The translations under genes were made by a program, and so were the position numbers. Positions 1 through 12,872 of a stretch of 64,000 bases of DNA are shown one piece after another; position 1 is the stretch's first letter; each line of letters starts with the position of its first letter. The notes beneath the pieces are model-generated. The model was not told the DNA's origin. It was given only the letters and a program-made list of their open reading frames with translations, and did not search any database. This stretch comes from Convolutriloba macropyga. Taxonomy: Eukaryota. The stretch lies in the NCBI RefSeq assembly GCF_964194025.1, contig NC_134472.1, positions 4,588,001 to 4,652,000 on the forward strand, in the 5' to 3' direction.

Positions 1-904
1 AACTATGTAATTATCATCAACGGAGGCTTTCGCATGTTGAAAAAAGGGAAAATTCAATTAACTTTGTAAAATTACCATCGGAATATGAACAGATTAAAAT
101 TGGTTAGTTAGACATTTTCATATCCTCGACATTTTTTGGTCTAATTTAGAAAAACTACATTTATATACTCAGGTGCTGTTGATACTATAATGTAAACTCA
201 GTTTGAAAGTTTTAATTGGATACCTACCCTCCAGAGATATTTAATTCGCATTTTGAGTGGTTTCCCCGTCATTCTACCATTTTCTTCGTGGGTAGGCTGA
301 AGAGGTGCAAGGGCCCTTCGGGTCTCAGTAGGAGAGGCTGTCCAAGAAGTTTTCATAATCGGTTAATCAAAGGTGGAAAACGCAATAAGCAAAAAAGGAG
401 AAAAGCAAAAACGAACTAAGGTGTTAGATAGAAAAAAATGATTAAATTGTAATCAATTGCAAAGAATGAGCAAATGAAGTGCTAATGATATAAACCCAAA
501 CTGAACTCAAATTTAACGCTACTTGCAATCTCGTACCAGAATTGTCTAGACTAGTTCATACTCATCCGGTTGTATTAGCCGACAGTGTGATATGTCCATC
601 TGTAATTCTTTAATCACACCTACTCGGGATTTTCAGACGTTTAAAATTGTTGAAAGCTTATTTATCATAATTTAAGCATATTTATCATAATCCGTCTGGA
701 TATTATAATATACAGACCCTCGGATTCACCATTTGTCTGAAGTCAGCGAAAAGCTTAATAATTAATGAGAAAGCGTGTCATAACATTTTTTGTTTGTATA
801 CAAACGAAACAATTAAATTCAAGTTTCTACTACTCGTATCTATTTAGTTCTCGTAAATAACTACGCTGGAATATATACAAATGAAATTTAAAAGATTTTA
901 CACT

Positions 905-1092
905 TTTGGTCCAATGGTACACGATGGACTTCCCACGCACTAGATCCGGGTTCGAATCCCACTGGGGCGAAAATCCTTCTGCAAGTGTCCCCCCCCTGTA
1001 TGTTCACCTAGTCGCTTACCTATACTACGTGACTTACCTCACTCAATTAAATGACTTTTGCACTTCAAAACTTAATTTTAATTTGAATTTGT
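905..1092 (+). mobile_element. tRNA-derived SINE-like element (Gly-like head)
   Basis: Pol III A box TGGTCCAATGG (907-917) and B box GGTTCGAATCC (949-959), with a cttCCCac loop. No acceptor stem is evident. The 3' body (gtgacttacctcactc...aaatgac...cactt) recurs at 2678-2742. Confidence 0.6.
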
Positions 1093-2077
1093 TTAAGGTC
1101 AAAGGAACTCATTTGTGCAGTAAAGGTCCCTAATAAGAGGCTTCTGCGGAATGAGTTTTAACAAGCTGTATTAATTTATCGCTGAATGGTTTTTACCTTT
1201 TTTTTTGAGCGGCGTCGATTTTTTTTTCAATTTGGATCTGTATCTGTTTCTATCTCTATTATATGGCACGCAGGTCTATTCTTTCGCAGCTATGCCGGCA
1301 ATCTGCCGGCTATGTTTTACTTTAACAGATTTAATAATTTGATTTGCAAAAATAGCTGGGCATTACGCTGCAAAACGTACAATTGGCCCTTTTTGGCCGA
1401 TTCAACGAAATCGTAGACAAATGAGACAATATCTTGTTACATATTCCCACCATTTAGTTGCATTCAATTAGCCTGGAGATAGAGTTCTGTATTTTTTTAA
1501 CAATGATCTAAGGTATACTTCAGAAAACAAATTTTGCTAATTATTATATGATTACGTTCAATCCACCGATTTCTCTCTTTAATACGCAATTTGTAAAATG
1601 AAGGACTTTTTTCTAATTAGAAATCAATTAAGTTTTTAAATTTCTGTGTAGTTTGCCCTTTGTTTGCAGTTTTTGTTCGGTGATAGTTCAAAAACAATTT
1701 GTGGACAAATATGACGGGTATTTCCAAAGTTTCTCATATTTGAACTAAATTCACCTAACTGTCACCGTTTTCCACGCTCGATTGGAGCTCACATGCAGGT
1801 GAGTTGCATTAAAGATAAATTTATCTGCAAAGTCTAGGTAAGTTGACGTGCAATTTATAATCAATTACCTGCAAATTTTTTAGAGTGAACTCTAATCTTA
1901 ATAAATAGGCCGTGAAAGACGCCGGCAAAATCGAGCAAATTGAGATAATGAATGAACGTGAAATACCATGGTTACTTTGCAAACGTACTGTTGGGTTTTC
2001 AAAACAGTGATTCATATGGCTTTTTGTGGTAGATTGTGGTTACAGTTTACTATTTAGCATCACCTGTAAAGATTATA

Positions 2078-2156
2078 TTGTTTATGCGAAGTATTATGAC
2101 TTGTAAAAAGTATTATGACTTGTTTTATGCGAAGTATTATGGCTTGTATTATGACT
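2078..2156. repeat. short imperfect tandem repeat of gtattatgacttg / ttatgcgaa
   Basis: Four copies of gtattatg(a/g)ct and two of tttatgcgaagtattatg are visible directly. Confidence 0.7.
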
Positions 2157-2677
2157 AGATATAAAGTTTGTATTTATAATTTCATTCGATTTTGTCTTGT
2201 AAATAACTCAAAAGTGCAGTACGATGCGACAATATCATCCAGATGAAATAATTGCATTGGCTGTTACTAAATCTAATCAGGCGCGGGTTATCTTTAATTC
2301 TATCAAACTCGCGGTGTTTGGATATTTGTTCAGTTTAAGATTGATCAATTAACAATGTGTTACCAAATTGATTTCATATCGTGTTGTTTCTCTGTCTGAA
2401 TTAGGTTTAGCTGTTTTTTTCATAATAGTAGTCAAAAGCTCTACAAATTGTTTATTTTTTTGCTTGAAAAAAGTGGATTATCATGACGTGATCTGTGAAT
2501 TAGCATGTCTCTTCTGAGATTGATCGATTTTATTTTTGTAGCGTATTTCATTGGGTGATCAATTTTGAAGCCGATTGTTAATCATATCGAGGCTGCCTAT
2601 TCAGTCACGTGTTTAAATTCATTCGCGTGATCCGGGTAAATTCGGGTTCATTCGCGTGGTTAAGTTATTGGCAACAT

Positions 2678-2742
2678 GTGACTTACCTCACTCTCAAAAA
2701 TGACGTGCTCACTTTGAAATTAACTTTTCTTTACTTTAATTA
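2678..2742 (+). repeat. second copy of the SINE-like 3' segment seen at 1029-1090
   Basis: gtgacttacctcactc..aaatgac..cactt.aaa.ttaa.ttt is shared with 1029-1090. Confidence 0.55.
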
Positions 2743-5689
2743 AACAAAATAAGGTTGAGTGAGTGCGTGTCATTCTAATTTAAGGGTTTTTGAGGGCAGC
2801 TTATAGAAGCAGCAATAAGTTTAACTGATTCTTCATCAAATTATAACATCATAGCATTTTTAATCCAGAAGTTTCTTTTTGGTATGTTTAGAACTGCAGA
2901 CGCTATGTTTTGTTTTTTTTTGCTCGTATAGTTTTTCATTATTTTTGTGAGTTAAATTTTTTGCACAGACACGTTGTTCTTTTTTGCTTGTTATTCAGCA
3001 CTTGAAGCAAGCGAAGATTAGTTTTAATCATAAACACTTTTATTGAATAAATGGTCATGTGATTGCTGGCTTTTATAAAAAGTTTTCTTCAAAAGATACA
3101 TTTTCATAGCAATATTTTTTAACTAGAAATATTCATGTGTTTTCAGTGCGAGGATTTTTTAGAAACGGTTCTTTAATGGTCTAAAATTTTTTCCTCCAGT
3201 TTGACTAGTTGTTTTTGAGCTCTCGTATTTTTTTCGTTGCACTTTTTTTTCCGATTTATTCAGTTCTTAGTTCAAGAGCGTACTATACTCTATTAGTTTC
3301 TAGTATATGCGCTTCATTTTGTGTACAAAACATTGTTCTGACCCGCATCTACATTCTTGACTGAATTTGTTTTAACAAGAAATCAAGCTATTAAATTTTC
3401 TCAAGCAGAAAATATCAAGTCAAGTAATGTTGGCCAAACAAGGAAATAATGAGGCTCTGAATGCAATTTATATCTAATTGCAACCACAAAAATGAATTCG
3501 CCAATGACTTGAATACCATAATATTCACGGTAACAGCAGCCTTTGATTGTCAACAAAGCCATTAACCATACATGCGCAAAAGTAATCAAAGAAAGCAAAA
3601 AAATAGAAAAGAAGAACCCATTTTCCTTCCAAAACTAATGATGCGCATTTTTTGGAAACCAATCAAAAAATGTTGTTGAGATGCAAAAACAAAACGAGAA
3701 AAAGTCAAAACGATAAATTGTAAACGACAAATTGGAATACTGCAAAACAAATTTTTCTTTGAAAAGCACTGGTGTGAAAGATAAAATAACCAATAAGCAT
3801 ATATCAAAATCATCAGCTACTTCGGACCATTCCTTGTTATAAATCTGTTAAAATCACTTCATAATTCCAATAGTCGACAAAACAAGGCGGCTCGGTAATG
3901 TGCAATGGCACATAAGGTTCCGACCCCGCCCATCCACAATTTTGGCATAATTGTCTACCAAATGAGGAACAGATAGAAAAACCCAAAAATTATTTTTTGC
4001 GAATCCCAAAAAAGCCCAAGTCTTTTTCAAAAAATTCTGTATGAACGATAAGATAACCTCCAAAACAAATAACTCAGTGGAGTAAAAATGGATGCATTAG
4101 ATTGCTGTAATATGTCAATATTAAGAAAGCGAGTCGAAACGAACAGCAAAATCAAACAACAACAACAACAAACATTAATTATATCAAAAAATTTATGTCC
4201 CTCTTAAAAACTAAATTTAATAGAAAGTCAACATACCGTCAGATAAAATTAAAACTAAACAAAAATTACATATAAATCACCAGAAAACATATGCGACCAG
4301 TCCATAAAAAGGTTTGGTAACAATTATACAAAAAAGAACAAAAACAGAAAAGTAAAAACAAATTAACTTATTTTTTTGAAACAATTAACTTCAAAGTAAT
4401 AAATACCATTAGGAATAAATTAATATTACCACAAATTTGCGATTACCACTGCTTCTATAGAAGGGCATTAGGACCTGACCTTATTCATTTTTTAGAGCGG
4501 CTAAAAAGAACAACAAAGAACAAACAAAATTTCAATTGAAACTTGCCAGAAAACGCTGTCAAAACCGTCAAGCCAAATTTTGGCACTCAAAATATATTTG
4601 ATTGCGCCTTCCTCAAACAGCTATAATGTAGTAAGTGGCCATTCATTAGTAAGACTAGGTAACAAGTAGACAAAAAAGCGAAGTGCTAAAGTATGTAATA
4701 CTTTTAATTTTTTTTTCGAAACAAAATACATTCAATGTCATGAAAGGCATTAATTAAAGAGCTATTTAAATATCGTCGTTTTTTTATGAAAAGGAAACCC
4801 TCGAGACCTGTAATTATTCAGAATTTTTCTTGCATCTACAAAAAGAACGTCAAATATGACAAAAATCAAATTAATTTAATTTTTTTTTGTGAAAAAGCGG
4901 TGTCGAAGCCAGTAAGGTCATAACAAAATCTTTAAAAAAAAGATTTTGGGACACCAATCCCTTTTATTCCCTTGACACCCATAATGTCATATTTGACCTG
5001 TAATCAACTAACGAGATTAGGTAACAAAAAAACATTAAAAGAACAAAATTGCGAAGTTAAAAAAGTTTTTTTTTTAATTTTGGAAAACGATGGGTTTGAA
5101 AGTCATAAAAGCCATCAGCTATCTGCTAATATCAGAATATCGGTTTTTCTATTCTTCCATGAAGAGCCAATGAAAGCTATCACTATACAGGAAATTTCAT
5201 ACGACCGAAACGACAAAGTATAAATGACAGTTAAGACAAAATTAAAAAATTCAATTGATTTCTTCAAGAAAGAGGCGTCGAGGCCATTAAAACGATGATT
5301 TATATCTTTCAGGATTTTAATAGGTTCAATTGTGCTTTAATTTGAATGCTAATAAGGTGACATGAGAACTGTCATTAATGTGATAATGTGACAAAATTAG
5401 AAAACGTGAAAAACAAACAAATATCAAAACAAACAAAAATCTAAAATCTTGTAGTATCAAAGCCAGAAAACAATAATTTCAGGCTTAAAACTGCAACCGA
5501 GAATAAATGTTAACTCAGTAGAAAGAAGAGGCAGTCTTTTTTTGCTGACACTAAGCGAATTGGTTGGACCTATCACTCCTGAGCTTTGATTTGATATGTT
5601 CTGTTCTTTATTATTAAAAAAGTCTTTTTTTTTAAAAAAAAAAAGACCGACTGATTACAACCCGATTTTTTTTGGATTGTAACAGTCCA

Positions 5690-6405
5690 AGAATGGCCCA
5701 AAACTACCCCTGTTAATACTTATTGTCCGTTAAGAACAATTGATTTTTCGAATGTTGTAGATATAGATAATTTCTGAGTTGAAACTCAAAATAAATTTAG
5801 CATTTTTGATAATCAACGAGTAAAGTTAGCAAAAAACGGCAAAGTTTTAACTACAAGGCACTCTCTGCGGACTCTGAAGTAGAAATAGCCCCCTTCTGAT
5901 TCTACAAAGATTGTATGAGTGTTGTTTGGGGGTGTACTGTAGGCAAATTTAATCAAAGTGGACTAAAGTAGCTTATTTCGTGCTGTTGTTGATGAAAAAG
6001 GCTAAATTTTGAAATGTTTATCCAGATTTTTTGACCAAAAAATTAAATCAAAACAATCAAAAATGCTTGTTCGTCTTCAAAAATAAAATCAACGACACTA
6101 TTCTTAAAAATTATAACAAATTTTAGCAAAATTGACGAAAATTTAGGCAAAAATTCCGGAAAATGTGAATAAAAACAACGTGAATTCACTCTTCTTTTCT
6201 CAGAAGTTTAAGCCTCGATAACTCCCTGTAGAAAACGAAAATTAAAAAAATCTTTTTAATTCCATATTCTACGCTGGACGAGCTTTCTAATGATACCAGT
6301 CTCAACTCTCTACGATGAATATATCGAGCGGCGAAAATTCACGGAACAAAAAAAAAACCCAGTTGAGTATATAGTTCCTCCCCTCTCAAGAGGGTCGGAA
6401 CAATA
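5690..6405 (+). repeat. dispersed non-autonomous repeat, copy 1 (inverted relative to 18527-19240)
   Basis: The 3' end tatagttcctccc...gggtcggaacaataa is the reverse complement of ttattgttccgaccc...gggaggaactatag at 18528-18564. Internal blocks are collinear (catattctacgctgga, ctctacgat, ccctgta, aaattttagcaaaattg). The left boundary is approximate. Confidence 0.65.
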
Positions 6406-8010
6406 AAAATCTTCGTGGCATAATTGGAAATCATTAAATAGATTCAATTGTGTTTCACTGGAAAGCAGATAAAACCTGTAATCGGTGATAACATATTACA
6501 ATTCGACAAAAATGTACATTCTAAATTTAGTTTTGAAACGGGCTGCAGGAGTAATCCTAGCGAGTGAGCTAATGCTTATTCATGCATACTCAGAAAACAA
6601 CACATAATTTACCAGAAATCGCAATACAGAAAATAGTTACAACTGACCTCTAGCAGTTGTTAACTTAGCTGCGATGGTAGAAGTCACTCAAACAACTGGT
6701 TGTTTTTTACCGCTTGACCAGTTGATTGTAAGATAACATGAGTGAGACGAAGTATTAACAAAACAATATGAAACAGCGGGTCTTTCTTGCTCATCATAGC
6801 CCCCCTCCCACGAAATTATAGCCCCCATTATGGTATAATTACCATGATGGGGATATAGGTTATCTGACCACTAAGCTGGGGGAGGGGGTGTGGGGTCCTA
6901 TAATGGGAAAGGCCCAAAACAGCTTGACAGATTAGCAATCCAGCTTAGTAGTCCTACATTAGAACACAAAAATTTGTAAGTGGAAATTACTTGACTGTCA
7001 ACATTTTAACGGAAGCAACAGTTTCCCCATTGTCACAAAACATTTGAGCCTACATGCGAAAATCACAGAAAAGAATAAAAGTTTTTTTAAAAAAAAATGT
7101 TTTTCTAGAATTATCAAAACCAATCGCATCCTGTGGACGAATTTCACGAAAAGGGTCACGACGAAACTTACACAGCAGCTTTGTTGAGAGAAATATTGAG
7201 AAACAAGGTACCAAACACAACCCAAAACGGATTTTGCCAGTGCTCGAAATGTTTCTAAAATTTGGGTGGCGTCCTATTTCAGAATAGTCAGTTTTATCGT
7301 ATCGTTTGTGTTAGAAATGAGCTATCCTTTTCTCCTAATTAAACAATGGAATAAAGTCTATTGAATAACAAAAATTGAAGGCAAGACTATGAAAATTACT
7401 AATGATGTTTTCAAATAAATGCTCTCTGTAAATAAAATAAGTAGCATTAACACTAAAGAGATTCCGGATTCGTTTTATTGAACGGACCTGTCCTTGATGA
7501 GAATTTTTACAAGTTTACGAAAAAAACGACAATAAGGTAAAACTAGAAAATACATTTTAAGTGAAATGGTTCTTCTTTAGATAACCAATGAGACATATCG
7601 GAAATGAGAGTCAAGTGTAAGACTACAAAAAAAAAGAAATACAGATATAGTCACTTTTTTCAAATTTTAATGCACATTGTGAAAGCATATTTACCCATAA
7701 AGGGCCCTGTTAATTATGAAACTAAATAATAGGCCTGCTATTTCAGAAATATCCGGGCGAAACGTAAATATTCAAGTGTTTAATAAAACATTGTCATAGT
7801 CAGAAAAATCAGTATGGGGCCCATTGATTGGTTGATTCCAACAGTAGCGTGTGTCCACAATAGCTTGCATGTATTATCTTAATCTTATTTGCGAGCAAAT
7901 CAGAAGAAAAAGAGCAACGCAGAAGTTAATGTGAGGCACGTAAAAAATTCATCTATAAACTTAGGTTCGTTCAAACACCGTATCTCGTTTCATTTACAGG
8001 GTTACTTTTT

Positions 8011-8523
8011 AATAGCCGCCGTCAGCCTCTCAAACGGCTATTATTTAGGCGCTCTTCTTTTTTTTAATTCGCGTTACCATTTGATCGTTTTTCGTTCTAC
8101 ATAAGTCACGATTTTCACGTTTGACTACTGACTTCCTTCATCCACTGTTTCAACTGATTGGATTTTAAATTCTTTGAAGCTTGAATTACGTATTTTAGTG
8201 AATACGGTCAAAATCAAAAGAACAAAATCAAAAGAAACGGGTTGAACTGATAAAGCCCGGTCATTAGCCCTTGAGATTTAATTAGGCCATCAAAGTTCCT
8301 TAGAGTTTTTGCTAGCTCATATCGGTATCAAGTTTATTAGCTTTCAGTCTAGAAGCTGATTTAAATATAGTTTTAGAATCTAACTAAAACTGCATGCCAA
8401 ATTAGATCATTAAAAAACAGTAAAAATTCAGTCAATTTGTCTCTTTTTTTCTTTTTCTGTTTCTATCCCAATGTGCATCAAGCGCTTCAACGGCGGCTAT
8501 TTTCGGGCAGTCTGACGGCTATA
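8011..8523. mobile_element. possible MITE bounded by inverted repeats
   Basis: aatagccgccgt (8011-8022) is the reverse complement of acggcggctatt (8490-8501). A further ctgacggcta at 8512-8521 mirrors tagccgccgtcag. Non-coding interior. Confidence 0.35.
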
Positions 8524-9326
8524 TTTACACTTTATAGCTAAGTTTTTTCGTCGCTCCATCGTGATTAAAACTGTTCCAGCATGATGAAAATCGCAGCTCA
8601 AATATAATTTTTGTACATGAAAAATGGAAAGAGTGTGAACTGATCTTGAAAAAGACAGCATCCAATTTGGTGCAAACCATAATTATTTAAATGCGACAAA
8701 AATTAACAAAAAATTTAAAATAGATCAAAAATGACTCTGATTGTGAGTTAAATAGACCTAAATCAAGAAAAATCTTGAGAACTGCTGTTCCAAGTAGTTT
8801 TGCTACATAATATTGGTTCAACCAGCCATCATTTTAGTTTATGAAAATCGCCTGCGTCCTGAGAATTATATGAAGTTTCAGCTAAAAAATAACCTAATTT
8901 TTGCTAGTTCTATGAAAAAAAAAAGAATATATCAGAAAAATCGTTGCCAAAACAGTGAACTAATTGATTCAACAACCCTGTCTCGTTGAAAGCGTTATTT
9001 ATTGAGCACATCGTCTGTTATTTTAGCAAACATTTCAAAAAGTGACCATAATGGTAACTTCAGCGATAAATTCTCGAAAATGATGTGATTGTTTGGCATG
9101 TGAGGTATTAGAATATGTATTTGATGTTGACAGTTGTACCTTTCTCTCCTTGTCATATGCTTGTCCATAGCATACCAACTGTCCGTTATGTTAAACTGCA
9201 AACTCATTTAGAATAGTGCGTTTAGTATCGACACGACACAATGTTTGGGTATTAACTAGGCGTTTGTTCTTCGCAAAGAGTAATTGTTGTTTTCTTCCAT
9301 TGCTGTGTTTATCTAGCCTCTCTAAA

Positions 9327-11279
9327 ATGGCGAGTTTAGACGAAATTTCGCTCTCGTCGCACAATCAAATAGAGCGAACTAAAGAGTGTTTCGTTTGTAA
9401 GATTGAATTGAATATTGACGCTGGAGAAGTCCCATATTGCTGCCAAAATTGCTCGAAAAGTTCTGAAATCCCTGGACCCAAAATCTGGAATTGCATTGCG
9501 TGTATTGGTTCTTGTGCGCGGCAAAGGCACATAATTTTGGACGTAAATGGATACGAAGTTTCAGTTTGTGGGAACCACGGCACTATAAACGAGTATTTCT
9601 GTGAAAACGATGAGTGTTTGTGTGTTGTCTGCAGCCGTTGTTGCTTGCGTGAACACAAAAATCACGCCTTTGTTCCTTTAAGTGAGCGAAGTACAAAAAT
9701 TCGGACGCAGGTTTTTGAGTATATGAGTGAATTTGACTTGCTGTCGAAAGATCTGAAACATCATCAACAACTGGTTCTTGACTGTCGTGAATTCATGAAA
9801 GAAGCTGCGGAGTTCTGCAGTCCTGACAAATTTGGGAAAGTTCTTCTTGGGTATGCTGGCGATTTAGTTACAAAGATACTCGAGTGCGGCGATGCTGAGG
9901 GAAAACGGAAAGAGCTCATGACTAGTTTCAAAGCTGCTAACGAGATGATCATAAATGGAGGTGATGTAGGAGGAATTGAACAGCTTGCGAACAGTTCGGA
10001 AGCACTCAGTGTAAGTTTGCGTCAAGTTCTCTCGAAGTCAGATTCTGTAATGATAGAAAATTTTAACAAGATGATTTCCAGACTGAATGGGTCTTTAGAG
10101 CAGCAGAAACTGGCTTTGAGTTTTCACCTTTATGCTCGACCGCTCTATATTCGAGATGAAAACGTGAAAACTCAGCTTACCAAAGCTGTTCATGCTTTTC
10201 TTGCTTCACTGGTATGGCCAGCTCTAGGGACGTTAAATTACCATCAATTAACTGCTACTCAGCACAATTATACCGGTTTTCCAGAAGATTTTGTGTTAAA
10301 ACACACAATTGCGTTTCCAACCTACAATAATGTTTTTCTAGGCACTGACAATAATGGAAAATGGGTGGTTTTTATTCGTAATCGAGGCAGGTTTAACAGT
10401 TACTACAGAAGATGCAGTTTATGTGGAGACGGTAAATTGTGGCGCCACTATTTTTTCTGTAACGGTTGTTTACGTAACCCATCTGGTCAATATTACAGAA
10501 CAAAATTGAACGCGATACAAACTTTTTCAGCTTCTGTTATCAATGACGATATTTTGTCTGTTAGTACAATTTACGGCCATGTACATTATTTTAAAGAGAG
10601 TGGAGGTGTTTTTATTCTGGAGACGAAAAACGGATTCCATATCGCAAATCCGCTTCAGAACCCTAAGAGCAACGAAATTCCTCTAAAGCAAGTTTTCCCT
10701 GAGCTGGTTTCCAGAGATATTGTGGCGTTCTACTACACTGCATCCAATGAGCTAAACTGTTTAGTGTATGATGATAAGTCGCGTGTCATTAAACCTTTTC
10801 TTCTTGATCACAAAGTGAAGGCTTTCAATTGCTCTTCGAAGCCCCGACTTTTCTGTCTCAATTATAATGTTACTCTCTTTGCCATGATAAGTGGTCAAAA
10901 CAATGACATTCTAGTTGTATCATCCGAAGGTCCAGAAACGATTCCCTCCGTTGAGCATGGGTTTCGTTCAATAGACGATTTGCAATTCATGCTTGACAAA
11001 AATGTGGGCGCCCACGTGCTGGTTTTCTGGAATTTTGATCGGCAGATTTTTGGTGTAGCCAGGCAAAACAGATGTGATTCAAAATGGATTCTCGCTGCTG
11101 TGTTTACGGTTAAATTTCCCGCCGTAGATCTGGCTGTAAATCAAATTGCGTACGTCTATCAAGACCTGAAAAGCGAATCTTCGATTGCGTGGGATTCATT
11201 GTATGTAACTTTGAAAGGCGTTGTGAACCCATTCACCATTGAATTTCAATCTATATCTAACCTAGTACCGAAGTTGTAA
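9327..11279 (+). CDS. RING-less TRIM-like protein (B-box1, B-box2, coiled coil, unknown C-terminal domain), paralog 1, 650 aa, intact, single coding exon
   Basis: ATG in aaaATGG context (the ORF track start at 9216 is a GTG). B-box motifs CFVC..CQNC..CIAC and CGNH..CEND..CSRC..H..H. Family motifs VFEYMSEFDLLSKDLK, WPA, LNCLVYD, CSSKP, HGFRSID. Ends VPKL. Confidence 0.85.
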   Translation: MASLDEISLSSHNQIERTKECFVCKIELNIDAGEVPYCCQNCSKSSEIPGPKIWNCIACIGSCARQRHIILDVNGYEVSVCGNHGTINEYFCENDECLCVVCSRCCLREHKNHAFVPLSERSTKIRTQVFEYMSEFDLLSKDLKHHQQLVLDCREFMKEAAEFCSPDKFGKVLLGYAGDLVTKILECGDAEGKRKELMTSFKAANEMIINGGDVGGIEQLANSSEALSVSLRQVLSKSDSVMIENFNKMISRLNGSLEQQKLALSFHLYARPLYIRDENVKTQLTKAVHAFLASLVWPALGTLNYHQLTATQHNYTGFPEDFVLKHTIAFPTYNNVFLGTDNNGKWVVFIRNRGRFNSYYRRCSLCGDGKLWRHYFFCNGCLRNPSGQYYRTKLNAIQTFSASVINDDILSVSTIYGHVHYFKESGGVFILETKNGFHIANPLQNPKSNEIPLKQVFPELVSRDIVAFYYTASNELNCLVYDDKSRVIKPFLLDHKVKAFNCSSKPRLFCLNYNVTLFAMISGQNNDILVVSSEGPETIPSVEHGFRSIDDLQFMLDKNVGAHVLVFWNFDRQIFGVARQNRCDSKWILAAVFTVKFPAVDLAVNQIAYVYQDLKSESSIAWDSLYVTLKGVVNPFTIEFQSISNLVPKL

Positions 11280-11786
11280 ATTAAATGCAATAATTGCAAG
11301 TTCCGAGTCACCATATGGTCTATTTTCAAATTAGTTTTCTTGGTTCTATCCCCCCGCCCTATAAGAGGACTTATAACTTTTCCACCTACCAGGCGACCGT
11401 GCTTTTTTGTACATGGTAACGTGCTATATCACATTATATAAATTGTAGTTGGAGAAGGGGGCATAAAAACACTTGGGGTGGGTGGGGGACGGAATGATCA
11501 GTTTTCTTATAACGTCAAGAACTAATCAGTCTTCGAAAAATAGCTGAGAAAAGTTTCGTTACAAACAAATTGAAGATCTGCCTGGAAGAAAGATTTTTTA
11601 AATGAGGTTTTATAGAAAGCATAGTATTACGCAGCTCATTTTTGATAGATAGTCTCATAAACGTGTATCTTCATTATTTGGGGCCTTTTTAAATAGATGA
11701 GGCAAGAATCATTTTGCACCAAAATGCATTGAATTCGTTGAAGTCGCTTTGATTTTGATTTAACGAGTGCTTCGATTTTCAGATGA

Positions 11787-12760
11787 ATGTTGCATACTAA
11801 TGGGCGAAGTGGTGGAAAATGTTGCTCTGTTTGTGATCACGAATTCTCGATATAATCCGAAAACTATGAGGAACTGCCTTTGAATTGTGGAACTTGTGAA
11901 GACGCCGAAACACCTTCTGAGAGACAGTTTTTCTGCAACTGTTGCATTAGCTCCCATATGCGTAGGTTGCACCGTGCTCTGGACTGCAAAGGCTATGAGA
12001 TGTCAATTTGCCCTAAACACAAATCAATCAATGAATTGTTCTGTCGTAATTGCGACCGTGTTATCTGCCAACTCTGTGTGACGTCACACAAAGATCATAC
12101 AATCATTCCGATCCACGAGAAATGTGTCGAGACTCGCAAAGCAGTGTTCAAATACATCAACGATTTCGATTCTCTGACCAAGGACATCAAGTTTCAACAA
12201 CAGGTTCACCACGACTGCTTGGGAGACTTAGGCAAGGAGCATGCATTCTATAGGCCTGAAACTGTTCTGGATGGTTTAGTGAATGTTTTAAGTGAAAAGG
12301 TCAGAGAAGTTGCGAAAAGTGACGAAAATAAAGGAATTTTTAACATTCTATGCTTTAAATTTTGTGCGAATCGGGAGACGGTTCTAACAAAAACGAAATT
12401 GAATCAATTCGACCAGCTCGTATCTGAAGCTGACACAATGGGAAGAAAGTTACGCGAAATTTTGCAGAATTCTGACGGCGTACTTGTAAAAAAATCGAAG
12501 ATCTGACCGTCTCTATGTACGATAGCTTGAAGCGACAGAAAATTCATCTCAAAGAGGTTGCATGCTATTGCCCGTTCTATATTCGAGATAAAGAATTTCA
12601 GAATTTGGCTCAAAAATGTGTTTCCTCTTTTCTGGAATCCATGATATGGACAGCTGCAAATGCGCACACTTGTCGGGGTTCAGCTGACGTTGGTTTGCAG
12701 TGAACTTCATAACTGCAAGGTAATATTTTTCAAAGATGGTTCTTCCATTGTAGTTCAATC
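11787..12760 (+). pseudogene. TRIM-like paralog 2, pseudogene
   Basis: ATG at 11787 reads MLHTNGRSGGKCCSVCDHEFSI*SENYEELPLNCGTC, with an in-frame TAA at 11853-11855 at a position that is Glu in the 37679 paralog. A -1 frameshift falls in the A-run near 12490. Homology continues (PFYIRDKEF..MIWTAA) and then decays just before the copia LTR. Confidence 0.85.
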
Positions 12761-12872
12761 CGAAAGCGAGGATTAACGTATGAACTAAAAATTTTCCTGA
12801 AAATACCTCGCAATATGACAGTTCATCGTTTCTCCAATGAAACCTCTTTTCCCATCATCAAACCGCTCAATC

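Noticed and set aside
905-970. Functional tRNA-Gly
   Set aside because: A and B boxes are present but the acceptor and anticodon stems do not pair; treated as a SINE head.
9216-9326. 37-aa N-terminal extension of paralog 1
   Set aside because: Starts at GTG and has no counterpart in the paralogs; ATG 9327 has a good context.
9385-9530. N-terminal Cys cluster as a RING domain
   Set aside because: The pattern CxxC..CxxC..CxxC-x3-H-x4-H in the paralogs fits B-box type 1, not C3HC4.
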